From: Acidimicrobiia bacterium
GTDB lineage: Bacteria > Actinomycetota > Acidimicrobiia > Spongiisociales > Spongiisociaceae
DNA length: 64,000 bases
Assembly (NCBI GenBank): GCA_041576165.1
Contig: JBFGLM010000012.1
Span: 35,766-99,765 of the forward strand
Direction: 5' to 3'
In this document: one piece after another, positions 19,298-29,345 of the stretch
Position numbering within the stretch: position 1 is the stretch's first letter
Layout: each line of letters begins with the position of its first letter
Program-made: the position numbers and the translations under genes
Notes under the pieces: model-generated
The model's database searches: none
What the model was told of the DNA's origin: nothing
The model's input: only the letters and a program-made list of their open reading frames with translations

Positions 19298-20253
19298 GCA
19301 CGGTCGATGTCGACGTGGTGATCCTTTCCTGGAATCGGACCGACCGGACCATCGCTGCGGTCGAGAGCGTGCAGCGGCAGGCCGGGGTGTCTCATCACGT
19401 CTGGCTCGTCGATCAGGGTTCGGAGCAACCGGGGCTCGAGCGGCTCCGGCGCTGGTGTGAGATGCAGGGCGGCGTGTCCCTGATCGAAAACGGCATGAAT
19501 CTGGGCGCCCCCGGCGGCCGCAATGTCGGATTTCGCGCCGGGTGCGCTCCGACCGTTGTCTGCATCGACAATGACGTCGAGTTGGTCAACCCGGACGCGC
19601 TGCGATACGCAACCGAACGGCTGGCTGCGGAGCCCGGCCTCGGGGCGGTTGGATTTCGGGTGGTGGCAGCGGCCGGCGGACTGCCAGCCGACTATCACTG
19701 GGCCTACCCCGAGTCGCTGCGGAGCCGCGCTGATGAAGAGTTCTACGCCACCCGCTTCCTGGCCGGAGGGGTGGCTTTCCGCCGGGCGGCCATCGAACGA
19801 GTGGGGCTGTACGACGAGCGGTTGTTCTTCACGTGGGAGGAGACAGACCTGGCATACCGGCTGATCCAGGCGGGGTATTCCATTCTCTACACCCCCCGGG
19901 CCCAAGTGCTCCACCTGGTAGATGCCGAATCGCGGCTGACCTGGCGGGGATCGCGGTTCTATTACCACATGCGCAACGCACTGTTCATCGAATACAAGTA
20001 CTGGCGTCGGCCCGGACGGCTCCTGCTCAAGACTGCCGGTTACCTGGTGCGCGGGGTCTACAGCCGTGTGCCCGGGCAATCCCTTCGAGCCCTCACCGGG
20101 TTCGCCCGCATGTGGGCCGATGCTCGACCCGGGCCGGAGCATGTCCTGACGGAGTCCGCTCGCCGATACGTCTACGAAAACAGCGGTCGCTATGAGCAGC
20201 CGCTGGCCCGACAGGTCGCGGGGAAGCTGTTCAGGCGGTTCTCGACCAGCTGA
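19294..20253 (+). CDS. Family 2 glycosyltransferase
   Basis: VILSWNR, LVDQGS, GGRNVG, IDND, EETDLAYR; GTGA overlap. Confidence 0.92.
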   Translation: MSTVDVDVVILSWNRTDRTIAAVESVQRQAGVSHHVWLVDQGSEQPGLERLRRWCEMQGGVSLIENGMNLGAPGGRNVGFRAGCAPTVVCIDNDVELVNPDALRYATERLAAEPGLGAVGFRVVAAAGGLPADYHWAYPESLRSRADEEFYATRFLAGGVAFRRAAIERVGLYDERLFFTWEETDLAYRLIQAGYSILYTPRAQVLHLVDAESRLTWRGSRFYYHMRNALFIEYKYWRRPGRLLLKTAGYLVRGVYSRVPGQSLRALTGFARMWADARPGPEHVLTESARRYVYENSGRYEQPLARQVAGKLFRRFSTS

Positions 20254-20316
20254 CCGGGCGTAGCAAGCGGCCGGACTTGGGGTCTCCCGGGCGACCGAGC
20301 CATCAGTTGCGTGCTT

Positions 20317-21033
20317 CTACAGCTCTGGGCGGAGCTGAGATACCACTGCCATCGGGGCCGGCTCGTCCCGGCTGCGAGAGGTGCGGGCCAGCCGGCGAGC
20401 CTGACGGAGGGGTTCGGGGGTTCGTGCCCTGACTGCGGTGGCTTCCACGATCTCAGCGGCGGTGTCGAGCGTGGTGCGCCAGCCCGCGGAGACCGCCACC
20501 GGCCTCGTTCCGGACCGTGTTCTCACCCACCAGCCCACCTGTTCATCGCCAATCATCAACGCCGATCGTGAGCCGGACGGCGAACCCGGTTGCCCCCCTG
20601 TTGCGACGAGCGGACGATGGGTGACACCGACGGTCGGTACGTCGAGTACCCAACCGAGGTGGCGGGCCAGCCCTGTCCGGCGCGGATGATCAAGGCCGGT
20701 GGCGTTGACCAGCAGCACGTCGGGCGGCCAGGGGAGCGAGCGTACCGCAGCCTCGAGAATGGCCCCCTCGCGAGCCGCGAGGAGCCCGGACATGTATGAC
20801 GCTCCGGCCTCACCGGCGGTCTCGGTCGTCGCCAGGAGCCGGCGCCAGGCAGTGACGGCGGCGGCCGCCCATGCCCGATCGCCCGCCGCACCCGGCCCCG
20901 ACCCACCCCGGCCGAAACACACGAAGCAGCCGCCCGTCGTGATGCCCGGCCCGGGTACCCAGGGTGGCGGCCGGAGCGATGAGATCTCCCGCTGCAGCTC
21001 TTCTAGCCGCACGGGGTCGGTCGGCCATTGCAT
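20317..21033 (-). CDS. Endonuclease V family protein with a degenerate active site
   Basis: YMSGLLAAREG, PDVLLVNATGLDHPRR.GLA.HLG, PTVGV, PVAVSAG, RTPEPLR. Confidence 0.85.
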   Translation of the reverse strand: MQWPTDPVRLEELQREISSLRPPPWVPGPGITTGGCFVCFGRGGSGPGAAGDRAWAAAAVTAWRRLLATTETAGEAGASYMSGLLAAREGAILEAAVRSLPWPPDVLLVNATGLDHPRRTGLARHLGWVLDVPTVGVTHRPLVATGGQPGSPSGSRSALMIGDEQVGWWVRTRSGTRPVAVSAGWRTTLDTAAEIVEATAVRARTPEPLRQARRLARTSRSRDEPAPMAVVSQLRPEL

Positions 21034-21134
21034 GCCCCTATCCTCGCGCCAACCGCCGCCGCTGGGGCGGGTGTCTGCGCGAAATCCGGCCGAGCGCGAA
21101 GTACTGATCGGTCCGGCTGCCCGGCGAGGGCTCG

Positions 21135-21569
21135 TCACATGAGCGAGGCGTCCACCGACATCGCGACGTTGCCCGCCAGCGCCTTCGACACAGGACAACC
21201 ATCCTTGGCTGCCTCGGCTGATGCCCGGAACCCGTCCTCATCGAGGCCGGGCACCTCACCACGCACCGTGAGATGCACTGAAGTGATGCCGAAGCCGCCT
21301 TCCGCCAAGGCCTCAAACGCCACGGTAGCGCTGGTCTCGAGGCGGCTGGGGGGGTTGCCGTCACCGGCCAGGCCGTGAGAAAGGGCCATCGAGAAACAGG
21401 CGGCGTGGGCGGCTGCCAGCAGCTCCTCGGGGGTGGTGTTGCCGTTCTGCTGCTCGGTACGAGCTTTCCATGAGACGTTCAGCGGACCGGCCAGCCCGCT
21501 GTCGAGGCTGACGGTCCCCGACCCCTCGGCCAGGTTGCCCTGCCAGGTGGCGTGAGCACTGCTCTGCAC
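21135..21569 (-). CDS. osmC: OsmC family peroxiredoxin
   Basis: PEELLAAAHAACFSMAL, AKDGCPVSKAL; AGGAGG RBS. Confidence 0.93.
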   Translation of the reverse strand: MQSSAHATWQGNLAEGSGTVSLDSGLAGPLNVSWKARTEQQNGNTTPEELLAAAHAACFSMALSHGLAGDGNPPSRLETSATVAFEALAEGGFGITSVHLTVRGEVPGLDEDGFRASAEAAKDGCPVSKALAGNVAMSVDASLM

Positions 21570-21742
21570 GAGATCCTCCTCTCGCCCCGGGTGGTAACGG
21601 GGCTAGCCACGCAATTCCCGCGTCGGAACCTAGTCGTCGCCGGCCGGGGTCAGCTCCATTGAGCTCGCCAAGATCGATCATCCGGCCGGGGCTGACCGCA
21701 TGTCGAGCCCGATGGTCGAGCCCGACACTTCAACGTTGGATC

Positions 21743-22722
21743 TCAGCCGGTTGGAACCACGATTTGGTCTGTTGGCGCCAGCGGTGCGAAATCGGTGTGC
21801 ACGCTGGTAGGAGGATCTCCCGGCAGCGTGTATCCGGCGCCGACGAGCAGGCCACCGGCGATAGTCATCGTCGTGTCGACTGTTTTCGCCGCCACTCCCA
21901 GGACCCGGCCCGGATACGTGACGGTCAGGGCGATGCTGTCGGCCGATACCGCGGTGACGGTAACGGCCAGGGGATCGACCAGAATGGCCAGCGATTCGCT
22001 CGGGGCAGGCTCGCTGGCCAGCAACCCCCATTCTCCGTCATCGACTTATGTCCAGCGTTCGGTGGGAGTGATCACGTAGGTCAAGTGGGCGCCGCCAGAA
22101 GAGATCTCCAGCTGTGCCTGATCGCCCATGACCACACCATTGATCGTGCCTACCTCCTGATCCCCCACCAGTGCCACCGACATCGAGCAATAGCCGTCGG
22201 CGTATCGGTCGAGTGCCGCGGCGAATACTGCAGGTCCGTCGACGGCTGGCTGGACGAGCTCGGGGTGGCTGCGGCGACTGGCTCGGGAGGGGCAGCGGTC
22301 GGCGATGCGGGGCGTTCCGGCTGCGGGTCGGCGGCGGTAGCCGATTGGGGCGCCGGCTCGAAGCCGACCACCCCGGTGACGTCGCGGGCGACTTGGTGCC
22401 ACGACCCCGGCAGCGCCTGCGCAACGGCCAGCCCGCCCACCGTCACCAGCACCACGAGTGCGGTGGCGGCAGCCCGAGCCAGATGACCGGCGAGCACGGG
22501 AACCGTGCCAGCGAACCGGGATGAAGCGCCCGCGCTCGACCGGCCGCTCAGTTCAAGTGACGTGCGGGCGGCCGCCGCCACCTGGGCGGCCTGAGCTGCC
22601 GGTGATACCGGATGCTCCAGCAGCCGGAGGCAGTCCAGCAGACCCGCCAGCTCGGGGTAAACGGCGGAATCGTCGACGTAGTGTTCGTCCATCTCACCTT
22701 GGTTACCGACCGCGCCCCTCAT
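21743..22722 (-). pseudogene. Putative anti-sigma membrane protein, split by a frameshift (~22245) and an in-frame TAA (22046-22048)
   Basis: Coupled to the ECF sigma; TM + Pro/Ala linker, then coding sense continues in another frame and through ...ERWT*VDDGEWGLLASEP... Confidence 0.65.
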
Positions 22723-23273
22723 CCCGTTACCGCGGTCAGGGTCTGGCGGATCGCCGTCATCGCTCGATCGTGAATCATGCGGACGGTGCCCGGCGGCTTG
22801 CCCACGGCGTCGGCGATCTCGTTGACGCGCAGACCGGCCATCGCGCGCAACAGCACGATGTTGCGCTGGTCATCGGTGAGATCAGCCAGCAGCTCGGCGA
22901 TCCACGCCCATTCTGTCGATTCGACCACATCTCCCTCCGTGTCCGCAGTGGGATCGGGGGTGTCGGGCACGGAATCTCCGGCAGGCTCGACCGGGCGCCG
23001 GGCCGTGCGGCGGCGTTCATCCGCCAATCGGTGATGCGCAACGATGAACGTCCATGAACGGAATTCCGTGTAGCCCCCGCTGAACCGGCTGATATCGCGG
23101 GCTATCTGAGTGAAGGTCTCACCAAGGAGGTCCTCGGGCTCGCGAGCTCCGCGGACCAGCAGATACGCGTGGAGAGCGGGTGAGATGTCGGCGTAGATAG
23201 CGGTCCACGCCCGCTCGCATCCCTGCCTGGCGTCCCGCAGCGCAACCACGAAGGCGGGTTCGATCGGGGTCAC
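22719..23273 (-). CDS. ECF RNA polymerase sigma factor
   Basis: EDLLGETF, FRSWTFIVAHHRLAD, LTDDQRNIVLLR, EIADAVGKPPGTVR. Confidence 0.92.
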   Translation of the reverse strand: MTPIEPAFVVALRDARQGCERAWTAIYADISPALHAYLLVRGAREPEDLLGETFTQIARDISRFSGGYTEFRSWTFIVAHHRLADERRRTARRPVEPAGDSVPDTPDPTADTEGDVVESTEWAWIAELLADLTDDQRNIVLLRAMAGLRVNEIADAVGKPPGTVRMIHDRAMTAIRQTLTAVTG

Positions 23274-23441
23274 CTCTCCGGTCCGGAGGTCGCGAGCAAT
23301 GTGAGAAGTCCTGGCTTGATCATCGATATTGCACCTGGCTCATCGGACTCGTCGCAGAAAGCTTGAAGGTTTACGGGCCTTTCCCAACCCGCGGCGAGAG
23401 CACCCACGCTCTCGACCTGCGAAGCCTGCGCGGTGTTGCGA

Positions 23442-24599
23442 TCAGCCGGACGCCAGCCGGTCCACCAAAGCCAGGTACCGCTCCGCCTCGGCCGCCCAGT
23501 GGTGCTCGTCGAAGAACCGTCGAGCCCGGCGGGTCCTGGTGGCCGCTGCAGCCGGATCGGCTAGCACCTCGCGCAGCCGGCTCGCGAAGGCCTCCGGCGT
23601 GGCGTGGTCCACTGTGTAGAGCGGGCCTGGATCGAAGTAGTCGGTCAGCCCTTCTGTCCGAGTGATGACGGCCGGGATGCCGAGAGCGAGATACTCCATG
23701 AACTTCGTCGACAGAACCAGGCGTCCGAATCCGTCGTGGCGGTTGGCAACCACCCCGGCGCTGACCCGTCCCAGCGCGGCCGGTATCTCGTGAGTGGGAA
23801 CCCGCCCGGCACTGAACTCGACGCGGCCGGCCAGATCGTGCCGGGCCGCCCGCGCCTCCAGTTGCGGTTTCAGGTCTCCGTCGCCGACAATCCGCACGGT
23901 CAGCTCGGGGAACTCGGGCACGAGCAGCGCGGCGGCATCGAGCAACACATCGGGCCCGTACCGGGGTACCAGCGTCCCGTGGTAACTCAGGACGGGTCGG
24001 TCGGGCGGGGGCGGGATGAGATCACGCCAGAAGATGGCGGGATCGGGCAGGTTCATGATGACGGTCACCTTGTCGCCGGGAATCCCACGATCTGCCAGCC
24101 GCCTGCGAAATGTCTCCGATACGGTCAACACGTGCGACGCGGCAGCAGTACTGAGCCACTCCGAGAACCGGATGGCAGCCTGCGCCCATATCTTTCTGCC
24201 ACCAAATCGATCACCGAACAGCTCGGGCGTGAGGTCATGTATGTCCAGTACCACCGGGGTCGAGCGAATTCTCATCGGGAGCGCGCTGATGATCGCAAAA
24301 TCAGGTGGAGTGTGTATCTGCACGTAATCACAGCCCGACGACTGCCGCCAAGCTTGCGCAAGGGCCCACTGCACAAAGCGCCGGTATCCACGGAGGTATT
24401 CGCCCAGCGCTGAGCCCCGATACCGGGGCATCACCAGATTCCGAACCTGCACCGGGCCGACGGTGGTTTCCGGATCCGCGGGCGGTTCGGCTATCGCCAG
24501 CACCGACACCTCCCAACCCGCCCGGGCCAGTGCTTCAGCATGGCGGCGGACCCGCGGATCGGACTCGTACACGGAGTAGACGATGTGTAGGGCCTTCAT
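23442..24599 (-). CDS. Family 4 glycosyltransferase
   Basis: DPRVRRHAEAL, LDIHDL.PE, YHGTL, STKFMEYLALGIP. Confidence 0.92.
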   Translation of the reverse strand: MKALHIVYSVYESDPRVRRHAEALARAGWEVSVLAIAEPPADPETTVGPVQVRNLVMPRYRGSALGEYLRGYRRFVQWALAQAWRQSSGCDYVQIHTPPDFAIISALPMRIRSTPVVLDIHDLTPELFGDRFGGRKIWAQAAIRFSEWLSTAAASHVLTVSETFRRRLADRGIPGDKVTVIMNLPDPAIFWRDLIPPPPDRPVLSYHGTLVPRYGPDVLLDAAALLVPEFPELTVRIVGDGDLKPQLEARAARHDLAGRVEFSAGRVPTHEIPAALGRVSAGVVANRHDGFGRLVLSTKFMEYLALGIPAVITRTEGLTDYFDPGPLYTVDHATPEAFASRLREVLADPAAAATRTRRARRFFDEHHWAAEAERYLALVDRLASG

Positions 24600-24735
24600 C
24601 GTGCCTCTCGGTCCGCCGGTGGCGCCGGCAGCGAAATCGGATCCTGGCTGTTCGATTGACTGGCGCGCCAGGCTACCGGCACGCGCCCTCCGGGTGTCGC
24701 CGATGCCTGCCCTGCCCGTGCCTACACTCCCGCCG

Positions 24736-25356
24736 GTGGATGTGACACCCCGGTTGGCGATCGCGGTGCTGGTGTCAGGGTCTGGCTCCAACCTCGCGGC
24801 GATTCTCGACCGCCAGACTGCAGATGCCGCCTTTGGTGCCCGCGTCGTCCTAGTGCTGGCCGACCGCCACGGCATCAAGGCGCTCGACCGGGCCGAGGCG
24901 GCTGGTGTGCCGTGGGAGGTGGTGAACTGGGGCGACTATCCAGACCGGATCACCTTCACGTCGGCTGTGTGCGATGTTGTGGATCGCTACGGGGCCGAGG
25001 CCTTGGTGCTGGCGGGCTTCATGCGGGTGCTGGCTCCTGAAGCTGTCGAACGATTCCCCCACCGGATCCTCAACACCCACCCGGCGCTGCTGCCGGCTTT
25101 TCCGGGCGCCCACGCCGTCCGCGATGCGCTCGCCTATGGCGTGAAGGTGAGCGGGGTCACCGTTCACTTCGTGGACGAGCAAGTCGACCACGGGCCGATC
25201 ATCGCCCAAGAGGCGGTGGCGGTGCATGAGGACGATGGCGTCACCGCACTCCATGCTCGCATCCAGTCGATCGAGCATCGCTTGTACCCAGAGGTCATCG
25301 ATGCTTTTGCCAAAGGAAGACTCCACGTGGGTGGGAGGAAGGTGACCTGGTCATGA
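24736..25356 (+). CDS. purN: Phosphoribosylglycinamide formyltransferase
   Basis: VLVSGSGSNL, LAGFMRVL, NTHPALLP, GVTVHFVD, DHGPII. Confidence 0.97.
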   Translation: MDVTPRLAIAVLVSGSGSNLAAILDRQTADAAFGARVVLVLADRHGIKALDRAEAAGVPWEVVNWGDYPDRITFTSAVCDVVDRYGAEALVLAGFMRVLAPEAVERFPHRILNTHPALLPAFPGAHAVRDALAYGVKVSGVTVHFVDEQVDHGPIIAQEAVAVHEDDGVTALHARIQSIEHRLYPEVIDAFAKGRLHVGGRKVTWS

Positions 25357-26933
25357 CGACACGTGCCGTACGAACCGCGCTGCTCTCGGTGTCCGACAAG
25401 ACCGGTCTGCCAGAGTTCGCGGTCCGTCTGGTCACGGCGGGCGTGCGGCTCATCTCGTCGGGCGGAACGGCCGCCGTGCTGGCCGAGGCCGGAGTACCGG
25501 TCACTGCCGTGAGCGATGTGACCGGCCATCCCGAGGTGCTGGGCGGACGGGTGAAGACACTCCACCCTCGTATCCACGGCGGAATTCTGGCCGATCGGGA
25601 CGATCCGGAGCACCTGGCGGAGCTTGAAGCGCACGGCATCGAACCGATCGATCTCATAATCGTCAACCTCTATCCATTCGAGGAGACCGTCGCAGATGGC
25701 TCCCCGCCGGAACCCGTTGTCGTTGAGAACATCGACATCGGTGGCCCCGCCATGATCCGTGCTGCCGCCAAGAACTTCCATCATGTGGCCGTGGTGACCT
25801 CACCCGATCGCTACGACGAGGTGGCGACCGCGGTGGCGTCCGGAGGTCTCGATGCAGAATTCCGGCGCAGCCTGGCCACAGAGGCGTTCTTTCACACGGC
25901 TGCCTACGACGCAGCGATCGTCGGCTGGCTCGAGCGAGAACGCGAAATGCCGTCCCGCATCGTGATGCCGTTGCGGCGTGTTACCGGATTGCGCTACGGC
26001 GAGAATCCGCACCAAGACGCAGCGGTGTACGCTGATGCCGGCCCGTTTGCGTGGTTCGGTGCGGAAACCCCCCTCTACGACCCTCCGGTTCTGATCCGGG
26101 CCACCCAGCTGCAGGGCAAGGAGATGTCGTTCAACAACTACGGCGACGCCGAAGCCGCCTGGCGCCTCGTCAACGAGTTCGGGATGTTCAGCCCCGCGGC
26201 GGTGGTCGTCAAGCACGCGAATCCCTGCGGCGTAGCACTCGGACCGACGCTGTCCGCTGCCTTCGCCAAGGCGTGGGCCTGCGACCCCATATCGGCGTTC
26301 GGGTCGGTGGTTGGCTTGAACCAGCCGGTCACCGAGCAGACTGCCCGGGCCATCATCGACACCGGATTTGTTGAGGTACTCGTGGCTCCCCACGTGGAGG
26401 ATGCCGCGCTAGGCGTATTCTCATCCAAGCCGGGGCTGCGAGTGCTGACAGCCCTGCCGGCCGCGGGGACCGGTCCCGACTTTCGGCGCATCAGCGGAGG
26501 TTTCCTGATGCAGGAGCGCGATCAGATACGGGCTGGGGACGAGGTCGAGACCGCCACGGTTGTGTCGGAGCGTGAGCCGACTCGGGAAGAATGGGCCAAT
26601 CTCCGGTTCGCATGGACGGTCGCCGCCCACACCAAATCGAACGCCGTCGTGATCGCGGCGGACGGTGCCGCTGTCGGCATCGGTGCCGGGGACCAGAGCC
26701 GGGTTGGAGCAGCGGCGCGGGCCATCGAGCAAGCGGGCGGTCGGGCCGGTGGCGGGGTGGCCGCATCCGACGCCTTCTTCCCTTTCCGGGACGGGATCGA
26801 TTCGCTGGCCGTTGCCGGGGTCCGGGCGGTCATCGAGCCGGGTGGCTCCAAACGAGACGACGAGGTGATCGCGGCTGCGAATGAGCACGGCATTTCACTC
26901 GTGTTCAGCGGCGTCCGCCACTTTCTCCACTGA
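25353..26933 (+). CDS. purH: Bifunctional AICAR transformylase/IMP cyclohydrolase
   Basis: LLSVSDKTG, GRVKTLHP, IDIGGP, LRYGENPHQ, KHANPCG, SDAFFPF, RHFLH. Confidence 0.97.
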   Translation: MTTRAVRTALLSVSDKTGLPEFAVRLVTAGVRLISSGGTAAVLAEAGVPVTAVSDVTGHPEVLGGRVKTLHPRIHGGILADRDDPEHLAELEAHGIEPIDLIIVNLYPFEETVADGSPPEPVVVENIDIGGPAMIRAAAKNFHHVAVVTSPDRYDEVATAVASGGLDAEFRRSLATEAFFHTAAYDAAIVGWLEREREMPSRIVMPLRRVTGLRYGENPHQDAAVYADAGPFAWFGAETPLYDPPVLIRATQLQGKEMSFNNYGDAEAAWRLVNEFGMFSPAAVVVKHANPCGVALGPTLSAAFAKAWACDPISAFGSVVGLNQPVTEQTARAIIDTGFVEVLVAPHVEDAALGVFSSKPGLRVLTALPAAGTGPDFRRISGGFLMQERDQIRAGDEVETATVVSEREPTREEWANLRFAWTVAAHTKSNAVVIAADGAAVGIGAGDQSRVGAAARAIEQAGGRAGGGVAASDAFFPFRDGIDSLAVAGVRAVIEPGGSKRDDEVIAAANEHGISLVFSGVRHFLH

Positions 26934-28010
26934 GCACTTCTCCACTGAGCGCGTCTCCGGTCCGCTCACGGCAACAATGTCGGTCGCGAGTGCCTCCAGC
27001 CGCTCCTCATCGACTGAGACGCCGATCCCTGGCGCAGTTCTGGGCTGTACGTCGCCGCCGGCCAGCTCCCACGGATCAAACACGATGTCTTCGCGCAGGT
27101 GCTCTGCCGCGGGAGAGAAGTCCACGAACTGCACCTCGGGGGCGGTGGCCAGGGCCAGCGTATGCGCTTTTCCTACGCTGGTCTCGAACAGCCCGGAGGC
27201 TTTGAGCGGGATACCCTCGGTTCGCGCCCAGCGGATGATCCGCTCAGCCTCCGTCACGCCCACCCGACCCAGCTTTATCGTCGGGACGTCGGCGGCTCCC
27301 GACCGCACGACACGGCGGGCGTCGGCTTCACCCCGTATGTCCTCGTCAGCCACGACGAGCGCCGGGGTGGTGGAACGCAACGTCGCCGCCAGATGGTCGT
27401 GTCCTACCGGGAAGGGTTGCTCGATGTACGTGGGGCTGCGACCGGCAATAGCAATCAGGCTGGCGGCGATCTCCGGGTAGGAGGCGTTGGCGTCCACAGC
27501 GAGACTCAGGCGGGGGAACGCCGAACGCACCGCATCGAATGGCTCGACGTCGCGCCCGGGCTCGATCTTGAGTTTGATCGCTCGGTAGCCTCGTTCGACC
27601 AGGCCCGCAACCTCTGCCAGCAGGGCGTCGAGGTTGTCGTGCAACCCGACCGCCGCGCAGGCGGAAAGGGGGTCGGGTTCGCCGTTCCACCGCCGCCACA
27701 CCGGTTCCGCGGCCGTGCGAGCCGAATGGTCGACTGCCGCCTCTTCCCGCGCGGCCTGGGCCGCATCACCGAGCGACGGCTGCCGCTCATCGTTCGGGGC
27801 GGACCACGCCGCGGCCGACGTCAGCGCCCGCCAGGTGGCGTCGGCGTCGAGGACGGTTTGCCCCGGCCAGGGCGCCGCCTCGCCCCATCCGCGCACGCCG
27901 TCGGCTTCGTGACAGACCACAATCAGCTCACGGGTGGCTACGCGGCGACCAGCTGCCCGGAACGGCGTCACGAAGGGAATGGCGATTCGGTATACGACGA
28001 GCCGGTGCAC
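26895..28010 (-). CDS. Enolase-superfamily o-succinylbenzoate synthase / N-acylamino acid racemase-like enzyme
   Basis: GWGE, IKLKI, VDAN, IEQP, ADE, TIK, PGIGV. Confidence 0.85.
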   Translation of the reverse strand: MHRLVVYRIAIPFVTPFRAAGRRVATRELIVVCHEADGVRGWGEAAPWPGQTVLDADATWRALTSAAAWSAPNDERQPSLGDAAQAAREEAAVDHSARTAAEPVWRRWNGEPDPLSACAAVGLHDNLDALLAEVAGLVERGYRAIKLKIEPGRDVEPFDAVRSAFPRLSLAVDANASYPEIAASLIAIAGRSPTYIEQPFPVGHDHLAATLRSTTPALVVADEDIRGEADARRVVRSGAADVPTIKLGRVGVTEAERIIRWARTEGIPLKASGLFETSVGKAHTLALATAPEVQFVDFSPAAEHLREDIVFDPWELAGGDVQPRTAPGIGVSVDEERLEALATDIVAVSGPETRSVEKCSVEKVADAAEHE

Positions 28011-28099
28011 GCCTCCGACTGTACTGGGGGCGGCCGGCCCGGCCCCTCGATCTGACGCTACCCTTTGGCGCGATCTCACTGACAGTCAAGGAGTCGCGC

Positions 28100-29302
28100 A
28101 TGGCTACCCCCATCACGATGGGAGATGACGGACTTGTCGTCCCCGACGAGCCGCTCGTACCGTTCATCGAAGGGGACGGCATTGGCCCCGACATATGGTC
28201 GGCAGCCGTTGGCGTATTCGATGCCGCTGTCGCCAAGGCATACGGCGGCACGCGCAAGGTCGGGTGGATGGAGGTGCTCGCCGGGGAAAAGGCATACAAC
28301 GAGACGGGCGAGTGGTTACCGGAGGCAACGGTTCAATCGTTCCGCGACTACCTGGTGGGCATCAAGGGCCCCCTGACCACGCCTGTGGGCGGCGGGATCC
28401 GCAGCCTGAACGTTGCTCTCCGCCAGATCCTCGACCTGTACGTCTGTCTGCGCCCGGTGCGCTGGTACCGGGGGGTGCCCTCCCCGGTCAAGCAGCCCGA
28501 GCTCGTTGACATGGTCATATTTCGTGAGAACACCGAGGACGTGTACGCCGGGAAGGAACTAGAAGCCGGGACCGAGGACGCCGCCAAGCTGCTCGCATTC
28601 CTGCGCGACACCTACGGCTGGGAGATCCGGCCCGACTCCGGGATCGGGATCAAGCCGGTTTCGGTGACCGGCTCAAAACGGCTCATCCGCGCCGCAATTC
28701 GTTACGCGCTGGCGAACGATCGGGAGAGCGTCACGCTGGTCCACAAGGGCAACATCATGAAGTACACCGAAGGCGCGTTCCGCCAATGGGGCTACGAACT
28801 GGTGAAAGAAGAGTTCAGTGATGTCGCGGTGTCATGGGCCGACAGCGGCGGCCAACCCGGTGACAAGCTGCTGGTCCAAGATGTGATTGCCGACGCCATG
28901 CTGCAGCAGATTCTCACCCGCCCGGCCAACTACGACGTGATCGCCACCATGAACCTGAACGGCGACTACATCTCCGACGCCCTGGCCGCTCAGGTTGGCG
29001 GGATTGGCATCGCCCCCGGCGGAAACATCAACTACGACAGCGGTCATGCCATCTTCGAAGCGACGCATGGCACTGCGCCCAAGTACACCGGGATGGACAA
29101 GGTCAACCCGGGGTCGGTGATTCTCTCCGGAGCCAACATGTTCCGGTACCTCGGGTGGCGTGAGGCGGCGGACATGATCGAGGGCAGCCTCGAGCGAACC
29201 ATTGAAGACAAGATCGTCACCTACGACTTTGCCCGTCTCATGGATGGCGCCACCGAGGTGAAGACGTCGGAGTTCGGCGCCGCGATGATCCAGCGCATGT
29301 AG
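28100..29302 (+). CDS. icd: NADP-dependent isocitrate dehydrogenase
   Basis: [57 protein letters not shown]. Confidence 0.97.
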   Translation: MATPITMGDDGLVVPDEPLVPFIEGDGIGPDIWSAAVGVFDAAVAKAYGGTRKVGWMEVLAGEKAYNETGEWLPEATVQSFRDYLVGIKGPLTTPVGGGIRSLNVALRQILDLYVCLRPVRWYRGVPSPVKQPELVDMVIFRENTEDVYAGKELEAGTEDAAKLLAFLRDTYGWEIRPDSGIGIKPVSVTGSKRLIRAAIRYALANDRESVTLVHKGNIMKYTEGAFRQWGYELVKEEFSDVAVSWADSGGQPGDKLLVQDVIADAMLQQILTRPANYDVIATMNLNGDYISDALAAQVGGIGIAPGGNINYDSGHAIFEATHGTAPKYTGMDKVNPGSVILSGANMFRYLGWREAADMIEGSLERTIEDKIVTYDFARLMDGATEVKTSEFGAAMIQRM

Positions 29303-29345
29303 GTCGCGGCGGTCGAGTTCGGCTGCCGCTCGTGCGTGTCGGAGG

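Noticed and set aside
22046-22048. In-frame stop as possible recoding (Sec/Pyl)
   Set aside because: Codon is TAA and a second lesion exists in the same gene; decay or sequence error is simpler
7196-24599. Prophage, ICE or transposon origin of the inserted block
   Set aside because: No integrase, transposase, tRNA target or flanking direct repeats recognised
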